DNA of 64,000 nucleotides from Nitrospinales bacterium (GTDB lineage Bacteria; Nitrospinota; Nitrospinia; Nitrospinales; VA-1): assembly GCA_047610985.1 (NCBI GenBank), contig JBLFWU010000003.1, forward strand, positions 1 to 64,000, written 5' to 3'. Shown here in pieces: positions 20,170-29,455 of this stretch; the first letter of the stretch is position 1; the number at the start of each line of letters is the position of its first letter. The notes beneath the pieces were generated by a model. That model did no database searches and was not told where the DNA came from. It saw nothing but the letters and a program-made list of their open reading frames with translations. The position numbers and the translations under genes were made by a program.

Positions 20170-22613
20170 AAAAAAATATTTTCGTCACAATCATAATATC
20201 TCTATCCCTTCTTTTGCCTGGGTGTAGCTTCAATAAAAAGTCGACTATGGATCGATTGAAAAACAAATCGGATTCCGTCGAGTCCATGAAACTCCCGGAT
20301 AAAGATTCTTCATCTCGATCACAAAATAATGTCGAACTGATTGACAATAAAAAACTGAAACGAATCAAACCGCAACAGGAAGCTAAAAAAATCCGCGTAA
20401 CAGGAACCAAGGTTTCCTTACGCCGAGGACCGGGGCCAAAATACTTAAAAATTGGTAATGCGGTAAAAGGCGATGAGTTTGAACTCGTTCGAGTTGAGCG
20501 AGGCTTTGACAATGGCAGAACCTGGTATCTAGTTCGTGACAGTCTGGGGAATAAGTTTTTTATAGCAAAAAATTTGACCTCTATCGTCAAAAAAACTCCG
20601 GCCACTATACGCGCTGAAGCTCCCATGTTTCCCAAAGGGGATACCAACAAAGTTGAAAAAGTAGAACTGCAAAAAAAGCAGGATGCGTCTCTGGATCAAA
20701 TCCAAACCCTTGTAGACGTAGAGCCCAAGCTCCCTGAAGAGCTTCGGGAAGCGAAACATATCACTCTAAATTTTGAAGGTACTGAACTTTACGATGTCAT
20801 CACAACGTTTTGCGAATTACTAAAAATTGACTATGTAATTGAAGGAAGCGTTGAAGGTAAAGTCACACTTCAGACTTTCAATAAAATTCCAGTTGAAGAC
20901 TTATATTCCGTACTCGAGCAGATTCTCGCGTTAAACAATGTTGCGGTTGTAAGAAGTGGAAACTTTTATCGTTTTCTACAAGCACCTGATGCAGCAAAGA
21001 AACCTTTAAGCATTCATTATGGCAATGACCCGAACATCCCTGATAAAGAGCGCATGATCATACAGATCGTGCCTCTACGATACATCTCGGTCGAGTCCAT
21101 GAAAAAAATTATCAGTCCGTTGTTGACGACCAATGCAAGTTTCATTGAAATACCCGAGACCAATAATCTGATGATGATAGAAATGGCCTACAACGTGAAA
21201 CGTATCATCAAAGTTATACAGGCCTTGGATATTGACAAGTTAGCTTCGTCAGATATTCAGCTTTATAAATTACGAAATGCTGATTCGGAAACGTTGGTTA
21301 AGGAACTTGAGGAAATTTTCACATCCATGGGATATAAAGAAGCCCTTGGCGATTCACTTTCTTTCCTTTCACTCACCCGTCTCAATTCCGTGTTGGTTGT
21401 AAATGCTTTTGACAAAATTTTACCGACAATAGAGTTCTGGGTGAACCGGCTCGACCAGCCTGTGTCCGAAGGTGAGGTAAGTACCTTTGTCTACTATGTT
21501 CAAAATGGTGATGCTTCAGCTTTGTCCGGCTTGTTGAATGGAATTTTTACCGGAGAAGGTACCACGGATACAGGAAATAGTTCTTCCACTACGGAAACTA
21601 ATACCGCAGAGGCAAATATATCAGGAGCAACAACTCCTGCATCAACCAGTGCAACCCGCCCCAATCTGGAGCTAACCGGCGGCATCAATGATGATATTGA
21701 GGGAGAGATCACGATCATCCCTGATCCAGACACAAATTCTTTGATAATTCGGACGAGCCCAAGAAACTATCCAGCAATTTTGTCACTTATCAACAAGCTT
21801 GATCTGTTTCCACAGCAGGTTTTGATTGAAGTACTCATTGTTGATCTTTCCGTGGATGAAACAACAAAAATTGGCCTTGACTGGGCAGCGAAAGGTACGG
21901 CCGGGTCAACCACCGTGCAAGGAAGCGTAAATCAAGCTACTACCGGAGCCACTCTCGGAGATTCTATCGGCGCAGTTACAGCTTCATTTCTACAGGGTGG
22001 AAGCTTCATTATCGGCGACCCAGAAAAAGTCATAGCTCGGTTACAGGTTTTTGCGTCCGACTCCAAAGCTAACATACTTGCGAACCCCATACTTGTGACC
22101 ACCGACAACAAAGCGGCAAACATTGCTATTACGGATGAAATTCCTATCGTGCAGGAGGCATCAACACCATCTGGCGGTGGCGCGGTTGTTACCAGTTCCG
22201 TAGAGTACCGTAGCGTTGGAATTAAACTGGAGATCACACCAAAGATCAACTCCGATAACTACGTCAATTTAAAAATCCTACAGGAAATTTCCAGCCGAGG
22301 TGCCGATGTAGGAACCCAGCCTTCTTTCAACACCCGCCAGGTCAATACCGAAGTGGTCTTGAAGGATAACCAGGTTCTTATAATGGGTGGCTTGATGCGA
22401 ACGGATTCGACGGATACAGTTTCGGGTGTGCCCTTCCTGAAAGATCTACCCTTTGTTGGAAAGTTGTTTGGTACAGAATCGACCACTCTTAAAAAGACCG
22501 AGTTGATGATTTTCATCACGCCTCATGTCATTTCCAACAATGAAGACTCGCAATTCGTGACCCGCCAATTCAAAAATCGGTTGCGTGGACTTAAAAAAAA
22601 TAGTCGCTCCTAA
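20166..22613 (+). CDS. gspD: Secretin GspD, lipoprotein form (liposecretin) with N-terminal SH3-like insert
   Basis: Lipobox LLLPGC/SF. SH3b-like stretch (VSLRRGPGPKYLKIGNAVKGDEFELVRVERGFDNGRTWYLV). N0/N1 domains. G/S/T low-complexity linker. Canonical secretin C-domain (…VPFLKDLPFVGKLFGTE…ELMIFITPHVI). Confidence 0.9.
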   Translation: MKKNIFVTIIISLSLLLPGCSFNKKSTMDRLKNKSDSVESMKLPDKDSSSRSQNNVELIDNKKLKRIKPQQEAKKIRVTGTKVSLRRGPGPKYLKIGNAVKGDEFELVRVERGFDNGRTWYLVRDSLGNKFFIAKNLTSIVKKTPATIRAEAPMFPKGDTNKVEKVELQKKQDASLDQIQTLVDVEPKLPEELREAKHITLNFEGTELYDVITTFCELLKIDYVIEGSVEGKVTLQTFNKIPVEDLYSVLEQILALNNVAVVRSGNFYRFLQAPDAAKKPLSIHYGNDPNIPDKERMIIQIVPLRYISVESMKKIISPLLTTNASFIEIPETNNLMMIEMAYNVKRIIKVIQALDIDKLASSDIQLYKLRNADSETLVKELEEIFTSMGYKEALGDSLSFLSLTRLNSVLVVNAFDKILPTIEFWVNRLDQPVSEGEVSTFVYYVQNGDASALSGLLNGIFTGEGTTDTGNSSSTTETNTAEANISGATTPASTSATRPNLELTGGINDDIEGEITIIPDPDTNSLIIRTSPRNYPAILSLINKLDLFPQQVLIEVLIVDLSVDETTKIGLDWAAKGTAGSTTVQGSVNQATTGATLGDSIGAVTASFLQGGSFIIGDPEKVIARLQVFASDSKANILANPILVTTDNKAANIAITDEIPIVQEASTPSGGGAVVTSSVEYRSVGIKLEITPKINSDNYVNLKILQEISSRGADVGTQPSFNTRQVNTEVVLKDNQVLIMGGLMRTDSTDTVSGVPFLKDLPFVGKLFGTESTTLKKTELMIFITPHVISNNEDSQFVTRQFKNRLRGLKKNSRS

Positions 22614-22692
22614 AATGGGCTTCTAAATTTAATTGATATGTGGATTTCAGTGTAAAGGAACTTGGCTTATTGTTTTCTTGAAAACTCAAAAA

Positions 22693-22731
22693 ACCTACGG
22701 ATCCTCAAAAATTGGCACTTGAGGAGTTTTT
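22693..22731 (+). terminator. Weak candidate terminator after gspD
   Basis: tcctcaa-aaattggcac-ttgagga stem-loop followed by gttttt. Confidence 0.35.
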
Positions 22732-22923
22732 CAGTAATTTATTAAAGCTATTTTTTTTCTCATTTTTCCCTCCTCGAAACCCCATAAATGGCTTGAATTC
22801 ATGGTCGATCTAAAGCATTATATAGTTTATTTTTAATATATAATTTCATCGTGTTTGCCCCTCAATGGCATAACAGGATTGGCTATTCGGAAAAAACTCA
22901 ACAAAACACACGTATCCGCCAAA

Positions 22924-23856
22924 ATGAATATGACTAAATCCAAATTTGTTAATAGTTTAGAGTTGATCGGTGGCACTCCATTAGTTAAACTAAATAGCGT
23001 TATCCCTGAAAATGGAGCCAATATCTATGCCAAACTGGAGTTTTTTAATCCGGGAGGCAGCGTAAAAGACCGAATCGCTTTAGCTATGGTAGAAGATGCC
23101 GAGGAAAAGGGCATTTTGAAGCCAGGCTCAACAATAATTGAGCCCACAAGTGGTAACACGGGTATTGGTCTGGCATTGGTTGGGGCTATTAAAGGCTATA
23201 AAGTCATTCTCGTCATGTCTGAAAATATGAGTACTGAACGACGAATGATTCTGGAAAGTTTTGGTGCAAAAGCAGAATTGAGCCGTGCCGAGTTCGGTAT
23301 GGAAGGCACTATAGAACGAGCAGAAGAATTACTTGCAGAGAATCCCGGTTATTTCATGCCGCAGCAGTTTAACAACCCGGCCAATCCGGAAGTCCACAGG
23401 AAAACAACCGGGCCTGAAATCGTTGAGGCGATGGATGGAGAATCGGTAGACGGTTTTGTAGCAGGAATCGGCACCGGAGGAACTATAACCGGTGTGGGAG
23501 AAATTTTAAAACAACATTATGGTGAAGTGAAAATAGTAGGCGTGGAACCTGCAACTTCGGCAGTATTATCTGGAAACCCGCCAGGCCCCCATAAAATTCA
23601 GGGTATTGGGGCAGGTTTCAAACCCAATGTTTTAAACTTTGACCTTTTGGATCGCATCCGACCTGTTTCCGATGAAGATGCCTTTCTTTTTTCTCAAAGA
23701 CTTGCCAAAGAAGAAGGGTTACTCGTAGGCATATCATCCGGGGCCGCCTGTTGCGCCGCCAACGAGGTTGCAAAAGAGCTGGGTCCTGGCAAAAACGTAG
23801 TCGTTATACTGCCTGACACGGGAGAGCGATATTTCAGTTTCAACCAATATTTTTAA
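22924..23856 (+). CDS. cysK: Cysteine synthase A (O-acetylserine sulfhydrylase)
   Basis: PLP-lysine motif SVKDR. Glycine loop TSGNTGIGLA. GTGGT loop. The start is placed at MNMTKSKF…, since the upstream ORF extension looks non-native. Confidence 0.9.
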   Translation: MNMTKSKFVNSLELIGGTPLVKLNSVIPENGANIYAKLEFFNPGGSVKDRIALAMVEDAEEKGILKPGSTIIEPTSGNTGIGLALVGAIKGYKVILVMSENMSTERRMILESFGAKAELSRAEFGMEGTIERAEELLAENPGYFMPQQFNNPANPEVHRKTTGPEIVEAMDGESVDGFVAGIGTGGTITGVGEILKQHYGEVKIVGVEPATSAVLSGNPPGPHKIQGIGAGFKPNVLNFDLLDRIRPVSDEDAFLFSQRLAKEEGLLVGISSGAACCAANEVAKELGPGKNVVVILPDTGERYFSFNQYF

Positions 23857-23922
23857 CTGCATATAAATATACTCAACTTATAAAGTTGGGCTGTCTATTT
23901 ATCATTATGAGGAATTGTTGGA

Positions 23923-25161
23923 ATGGGTTATGTAAAAGGCTTGATCTGCAAAGAGTGTAAAAGAGAATATGCTAAAGAACCAATCCATGTTTGTGAATAT
24001 TGTTTTGGTCCGCTTGAAATCAATTATGACTATGAAGGCATTAAAAAAGTCGTAAGCAAAAAATCTATCGAGTCTGGCCCGCCCTCTATGTGGCGTTATC
24101 AGCCACTACTGCCCATTGACGAAGATCCTAAAGTGGGCCTAAATACAGGCTTCACTCCATTGGTGCGCGCAAAAAACCTGGGTAAAGCTCTGGGAATAAA
24201 CAATCTTTATATAAAAAATGACAGTGTCAATCATCCTACATTTTCCTTTAAAGACCGAGTGGTCGCGGTAGCGGTTTCAAAAGCTATCGAGTTTGGGTTC
24301 GACACGATATCATGTGCTTCAACTGGAAACTTAGCAAACTCTGTTGCCGCTCACGCTGCAGAGGCGGGATTGAAAAGCGTGATTTTTGTTCCTGACGGAC
24401 TGGAAGCGGGAAAAATTCTCGGCACCCTAATTTATGGAACAAAGTTGATAGCAGTTAAAGGGAGCTACGATGATGTCAACCGCTTATGCAGCGAAATTGC
24501 CGTCAATCATAAATGGGCTTTTGTAAATATCAACATTCGTCCCTATTATGGAGATGGTTCCAAATCGTATGGTTATGAAATCGCCGAACAACTGGGATGG
24601 AAAACTCCAGACAACGTTGTTGTTCCTGTTGCTGGCAGTTCACTGATCACAAAAATATGGAAAGCATTTCACGAATTCGAAATGCTAGGACTTGTAGACA
24701 AGGTACAAAGTAAAATTTTTGCTGCACAGGCTACCGGTTGTTCACCCGTTACCACCGCTATCAAAAATGGCAGTGAAAATATTACCCCTGTAAAACCCAA
24801 CACCATTGCCAAGTCCATCGCAATTGGTAATCCCGCTGACGGCTATTATGGAATTAAAACAGCCAACACAAGCGGCGGCTACGGTGAAGATATTAACGAT
24901 GAAGAAATAGTCAAGTCCATGAAGCTGCTTGCAGAAACAGAAGGCATATTTACAGAAACCGCTGGCGGCGTGACGGTAGGAGTTACCAAAAAATTAATCG
25001 AACAAGGACGCATTAAACCCGATGAGACGACAGTAATCTGTATCACCGGGAATGGACTTAAAACCCAAGAAGCTCTGGCCGGCTGCTTTGACGCACCAGC
25101 TGTGATAGAGCCTAATGTAAATAATTTTGAAGATTTTTTTGCCAACAGTTTAACGGTTTAA
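23923..25161 (+). CDS. Threonine-synthase-family PLP enzyme with N-terminal zinc ribbon (MetM-like putative homocysteine synthase using a protein thiocarboxylate)
   Basis: CKEC…CEYC zinc ribbon. PLP lysine in FSFKDR. ThrC-like fold. Immediately followed by a MoaD/ThiS-like carrier gene. Confidence 0.7.
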   Translation: MGYVKGLICKECKREYAKEPIHVCEYCFGPLEINYDYEGIKKVVSKKSIESGPPSMWRYQPLLPIDEDPKVGLNTGFTPLVRAKNLGKALGINNLYIKNDSVNHPTFSFKDRVVAVAVSKAIEFGFDTISCASTGNLANSVAAHAAEAGLKSVIFVPDGLEAGKILGTLIYGTKLIAVKGSYDDVNRLCSEIAVNHKWAFVNINIRPYYGDGSKSYGYEIAEQLGWKTPDNVVVPVAGSSLITKIWKAFHEFEMLGLVDKVQSKIFAAQATGCSPVTTAIKNGSENITPVKPNTIAKSIAIGNPADGYYGIKTANTSGGYGEDINDEEIVKSMKLLAETEGIFTETAGGVTVGVTKKLIEQGRIKPDETTVICITGNGLKTQEALAGCFDAPAVIEPNVNNFEDFFANSLTV

Positions 25162-25173
25162 AAGGAGTAAAGA

Positions 25174-25455
25174 ATGGCTGTAAAAGTAAGAGTACCAACC
25201 CCATTGATGAAGTTGACCGATAACAAGAGTGAAGTAACTGCTGAGGGTTCCAATATAACTGAAATTCTCAACAACCTTGAGTCACAATTTGCAGGCATTA
25301 AAGAACGCATCTGCGAAGAAGATGGCTCTCCGAGAAGGTTCATTAATATTTATCTCAACGAAGACGATATCCGTTTTCTTGATGGGGAAAAAACTGCTGT
25401 AAAAGACGGTGATGAAATTTCAATCATTCCTGCTATCGCGGGTGGAGCTAACTGA
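25174..25455 (+). CDS. MoaD/ThiS-family sulfur-carrier protein (CysO/MetO-like), C-terminus …AIAGGAN
   Basis: 93 aa beta-grasp-sized protein ending GG-AN. Stop overlaps the start of the E1-like gene (TGATG). Confidence 0.75.
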   Translation: MAVKVRVPTPLMKLTDNKSEVTAEGSNITEILNNLESQFAGIKERICEEDGSPRRFINIYLNEDDIRFLDGEKTAVKDGDEISIIPAIAGGAN

Positions 25456-26261
25456 TGTTCGACTTTTCTGATGAGCAGGTTGAACGATACAGCCGCCATA
25501 TCATTCTCCCCGAAGTAGGAGGCGAAGGCCAGAGCAAACTTCTAGAGTCCAAAGTACTGCTTGTTGGTGCCGGTGGACTAGGCTCGCCCGCTGCTTACTA
25601 TCTTGCCGCAGCGGGAATCGGCAATATGGGAATCATCGATTTTGATACGGTTGATCTTAGCAACCTGCAAAGACAAATCATCCATAACACCGAGCGCATA
25701 GGCATGCTCAAAACTGAGTCTGCAAAGAAAACCATTGAAGCTCTCAATCCGGATGTCAAAGTAACTGTATTCAATGAAAAAGTAACTTCAGAAAATATTA
25801 TGCGCCTGTTTGAAGGCTATGACTACATATTGGACGGCACTGACAATTTTGCCACTCGTTACCTCATCAATGATGCTTGTGTGTTGACCGGAAAAACCAA
25901 TATTCATGGCAGTATTTTCCGATTTGAAGGTCAGGTAACTGTCTTCAAACCAAATGATGGCCCTTGTTATCGCTGTTTATACCCTGAACCACCACCACCT
26001 GGCCTTGTACCCAATTGTCAAGAAGGCGGTGTACTTGGTGTTTTAGCAGGCATAATTGGGAACCTGCAAGTTGTGGAAACTTTGAAGCTTATTTTGGGTC
26101 AAGGAGAAACACTGGTCGGGTCATTGCTCTTGTACGATGCGCTAAAAACCGAATTCAGAAAATTAAAACTTAAAAGAGATCCAAAATGTCCTATCTGTAG
26201 TGATAACCCCACGATCACCGAACTAATCGATTACGAAGAGTTCTGTGGACTGTCGCGCTGA
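25455..26261 (+). CDS. MoeB/ThiF-type E1-like adenylyltransferase (MoeZ-like) with C-terminal CxxC pairs
   Basis: Glycine-rich nucleotide loop VGAGGLGSP. CYRC…CPIC zinc motif. 268 aa. Confidence 0.88.
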   Translation: MFDFSDEQVERYSRHIILPEVGGEGQSKLLESKVLLVGAGGLGSPAAYYLAAAGIGNMGIIDFDTVDLSNLQRQIIHNTERIGMLKTESAKKTIEALNPDVKVTVFNEKVTSENIMRLFEGYDYILDGTDNFATRYLINDACVLTGKTNIHGSIFRFEGQVTVFKPNDGPCYRCLYPEPPPPGLVPNCQEGGVLGVLAGIIGNLQVVETLKLILGQGETLVGSLLLYDALKTEFRKLKLKRDPKCPICSDNPTITELIDYEEFCGLSR

Positions 26262-26337
26262 TAAAAACTTTTAAATTCACCCATTGTCCAAGTAAAATAT
26301 TCAGGACAATGGGTTAAATTTTTTCTGAAACAATTAT

Positions 26338-27351
26338 ATGTCATCAAAACCACTGAGCTTTCCAATTCCTTTTGAGGTGCAGGCCCCCACTTGCCCAGTC
26401 ATTACCGACAAATCGGTATTAGACGCAATTGGAAATACCCCTTTAATTCGCATCCATAACCTTGGCAAAGAATATAAGAATGTTGATATTTATGCCAAGG
26501 CCGAATGGAAGAATGCCGGTGGCTCGGTGAAATCGCGTCCCGCCCTCAAAATGATCGAGGACGGAGAGAAATCCGGAAAGCTGACCAAAGATAAAATCAT
26601 TCTCGATTCCACATCTGGCAACACCGGTATCTCTTACGCACTGATAGGGAAAATTAAAGGCTATAAAGTCAAACTCGTCATGCCAGCCAACGTCTGCAAA
26701 GAAAGAAAAGGTCTGATGGCTGAATTTTATGGTGCAGAAATCGTCACTTCAAGCCCATTTGAAGGATCCGATGGTGCAATTATACTCGCCCGTGAAATTT
26801 ATGAAAAAGATCCCGATAAGTATTTCATGCCAGACCAATATAACAATGATTCCAACTGGAAAGCCCATTACGAAACGACAGCACAGGAAATATGGAAACA
26901 AACAAATAACCGTGTAACCCATTTTATTGCGGGGATCGGAACAGGCGGAACAATTATGGGGACTAGCCGGGGCCTACGTGACCTCAATCCCGACATTAAA
27001 TGCTACGCAGTTGAACCCGCAGAATCTTTGCATGGACTCGAAGGGCTAAAGCATATGGAATCATCCATCGTTCCCGGAATCTATAAGGAAGAAGAGCTGG
27101 AGGGCAAAATCAGTGTCCCAACCGAAGAAGCCTACGACATGGTGGAGACACTGGAAAAGCAAGAAGGAATTCTTGTTGGCCATTCATCCGCAGGGGCTTT
27201 GGTGGGCGTTCTCAAGCTTGCAGCAACAATTGAAAGTGGAGTGATTGTTACCGTGTTCCCCGACAGCTGCGAAAGATGCTACGTCAATTTTGGACAAATC
27301 AAAAAAAACAACGAGAACGAACCTACTCATAAGATACCCAATGCCGACTAG
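26338..27351 (+). CDS. cysM: Cysteine synthase B-type (Mtb CysM-like, sulfur-carrier-dependent) with C-terminal extension
   Basis: PLP-Lys motif SVKSRPA. TSGNTGIS loop. GTGGT loop. About 30-aa C-terminal tail, as in CysO-dependent CysM. Confidence 0.85.
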   Translation: MSSKPLSFPIPFEVQAPTCPVITDKSVLDAIGNTPLIRIHNLGKEYKNVDIYAKAEWKNAGGSVKSRPALKMIEDGEKSGKLTKDKIILDSTSGNTGISYALIGKIKGYKVKLVMPANVCKERKGLMAEFYGAEIVTSSPFEGSDGAIILAREIYEKDPDKYFMPDQYNNDSNWKAHYETTAQEIWKQTNNRVTHFIAGIGTGGTIMGTSRGLRDLNPDIKCYAVEPAESLHGLEGLKHMESSIVPGIYKEEELEGKISVPTEEAYDMVETLEKQEGILVGHSSAGALVGVLKLAATIESGVIVTVFPDSCERCYVNFGQIKKNNENEPTHKIPNAD

Positions 27352-27360
27352 CCCTCATCA

Positions 27361-27678
27361 ATGAGCCGCTTCCAAAAACATATTTTCATCTGCATTAACG
27401 AAAGAAAAGCCGATGACAAAAGAGGTTGTTGCGCATCAAGAGGTTCGCTTGACCTTCTTGATCACATCAAGGGACGCGTTCACGAATTAGGATTAAAGGG
27501 GGAAATTCGGATAAACAAGGCCGGGTGCCTAGATGCCTGCGCCCAAGGCCCCACTCTGGTCGTCTATCCTGATGCTATATGGTACGCTCCACGTACGAAG
27601 GAAGATATGGATGAAATCCTAACAGAACATCTCCAGAACGATCACCCCGTAGAACGACTAATCATACCATTCAAGTAA
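27361..27678 (+). CDS. Thioredoxin-like [2Fe-2S] ferredoxin
   Basis: 105 aa. Four Cys in the CC…C…C arrangement (GCCASRG…GCLDACAQGP) typical of NuoE-like or thioredoxin-like ferredoxins. Confidence 0.75.
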   Translation: MSRFQKHIFICINERKADDKRGCCASRGSLDLLDHIKGRVHELGLKGEIRINKAGCLDACAQGPTLVVYPDAIWYAPRTKEDMDEILTEHLQNDHPVERLIIPFK

Positions 27679-27685
27679 TAACAGT

Positions 27686-29455
27686 TTAGCTTTCCACTCT
27701 AGATTGCTCTAACCTTATCTGCGATTGACAGAGCTTGTAGAAAATCCCTTTTTGCTGCAGAAGTTCTTTGCGCTTGCCAAATTCTACGACTTCACCTTTT
27801 CTTAAAACCAAAACTTTATCGACATGCATTAATGTCGATAACCGATGAGCAATTATGATGCTCGTCCGTCCGCGTGTCATTTCTTTAATTCCACTCTGAA
27901 TTTGACGCTCCGTTTCCAAATCAACATTAGAAGTTGCTTCATCAAGTACCAGTATTTTTGGTTCGGCCACAAGCGCTCTGGCAAAAGACAACAACTGCCT
28001 TTGCCCTGAGGAGATATCACCCTTATTCAACACCTGTTCATATTTGAATGGAAGATTGTTGATGAAGTTATGCGAACTGACCGCTTGAGAAATTGACTCT
28101 ATCTCCTCTTGTCCCATTTGTTGGTTTCCTAATCGAATATTATCCAAAATACTCCCAGAAAAAAGAAACACATCTTGTTGCACCAAGGCAATTTGCCTTC
28201 GCAAATCATATTTATTGATATCCTTTATAGAACGGCCATCAAAAAGAATATCGCCCTTTGCTACATCATAAAACTGGCAAAGAGCGTTAATAATAGTGGA
28301 CTTTCCTGAACCCGTAGCACCGACAATAGCAAGACTCTCGCCCGCTTCTAAAGAAAAAGATAAATCCTTCAAAATAAAACGTTCTTCTTTATAAGCAAAC
28401 CAAACATTCTTAAATTCCACAGCACCCTGTAATTTGAAATCATTTTTTGACGGAACGGATTCAGGTATTTGCTCCGGAGTATCGAGCAATTCAAAAATAC
28501 GCTCAGATGATGCCATAGCAGTTTGTATAATATTAAATTTTTCAGCAAGGTCACGGATCGGTTCAAAAAACTTTTGCAAATATTGAATAAATGCGACTAG
28601 AATTCCTAATTGAATCTCATCCTGAACAAACCGTCCACCGCCATACCAAAAAACCATCGCGATCGCCAGGGAACTGAAAAAATCAATAGACGGCATGTAA
28701 AAGGCATTGTATTGAACAGTTCGAAGATCCTCCTTCAACCGCTCTCCATTGACAGACGAAAATTTTCCATAATTCATAGCTTCACGGTTGAAACACTGAA
28801 CTGTATCAACTCCTGAAATATTTTCTTCTAAATAAGAATTGAGCTCTGAAACATGAATACGATTTTTTCTTAGTGCATCCCGTGCCCGAACTCGATACAT
28901 CCTTGTTGCAGTCGCCAAAAATGGAAATACAATACAAACAACCAGAGTAAGTCTCCAATCGAGATAAAACATGACACAGAAAATTCCAAAAAGCGTAAAC
29001 AAATCGCTAAAAACAAGGATAAGTCCTGAAGTCAGCATTTCATTCAGCACCTCCACATCGTTCACCACACGGGTAATCATTCTTCCAATCGGGTTCCTGT
29101 CAAAATAGGAGAACGACATTTTGTGGAGATGAGCAAACACCTTTGAACGAAGATCGAACATGACCTTCTGCCCAATGATCTGCATGAGATAAGTCTGGCA
29201 AAACTGGAATATGAAAGAAAAAAACAACACTGACAAATATACAGCGGCAATGGCATCCAAGCCTTTCATATCGCCTGCTTTTATATGATCATCAATAACG
29301 ACTTTAGTAAGGTAGGGGCCGGCAAGATTCAAAACCGAAACTACCAAAAGGAGTAAGATGGCAAGAGCCACCAAACTCGAATAGGGTTTTAAATGGACAA
29401 GAACCCTTTTAAACAAAATCCAATCTTTATACCTATGACCTTCGTTTTGGAGCAT
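27686..29455 (-). CDS. ABC exporter, fused permease/ATPase, subunit B of a heterodimeric pair
   Basis: Six TM helices followed by an NBD with Walker A GATGSGKST, signature SGGQRQ and Walker B ILVLDEATS. Confidence 0.9.
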   Translation of the reverse strand: MLQNEGHRYKDWILFKRVLVHLKPYSSLVALAILLLLVVSVLNLAGPYLTKVVIDDHIKAGDMKGLDAIAAVYLSVLFFSFIFQFCQTYLMQIIGQKVMFDLRSKVFAHLHKMSFSYFDRNPIGRMITRVVNDVEVLNEMLTSGLILVFSDLFTLFGIFCVMFYLDWRLTLVVCIVFPFLATATRMYRVRARDALRKNRIHVSELNSYLEENISGVDTVQCFNREAMNYGKFSSVNGERLKEDLRTVQYNAFYMPSIDFFSSLAIAMVFWYGGGRFVQDEIQLGILVAFIQYLQKFFEPIRDLAEKFNIIQTAMASSERIFELLDTPEQIPESVPSKNDFKLQGAVEFKNVWFAYKEERFILKDLSFSLEAGESLAIVGATGSGKSTIINALCQFYDVAKGDILFDGRSIKDINKYDLRRQIALVQQDVFLFSGSILDNIRLGNQQMGQEEIESISQAVSSHNFINNLPFKYEQVLNKGDISSGQRQLLSFARALVAEPKILVLDEATSNVDLETERQIQSGIKEMTRGRTSIIIAHRLSTLMHVDKVLVLRKGEVVEFGKRKELLQQKGIFYKLCQSQIRLEQSRVES

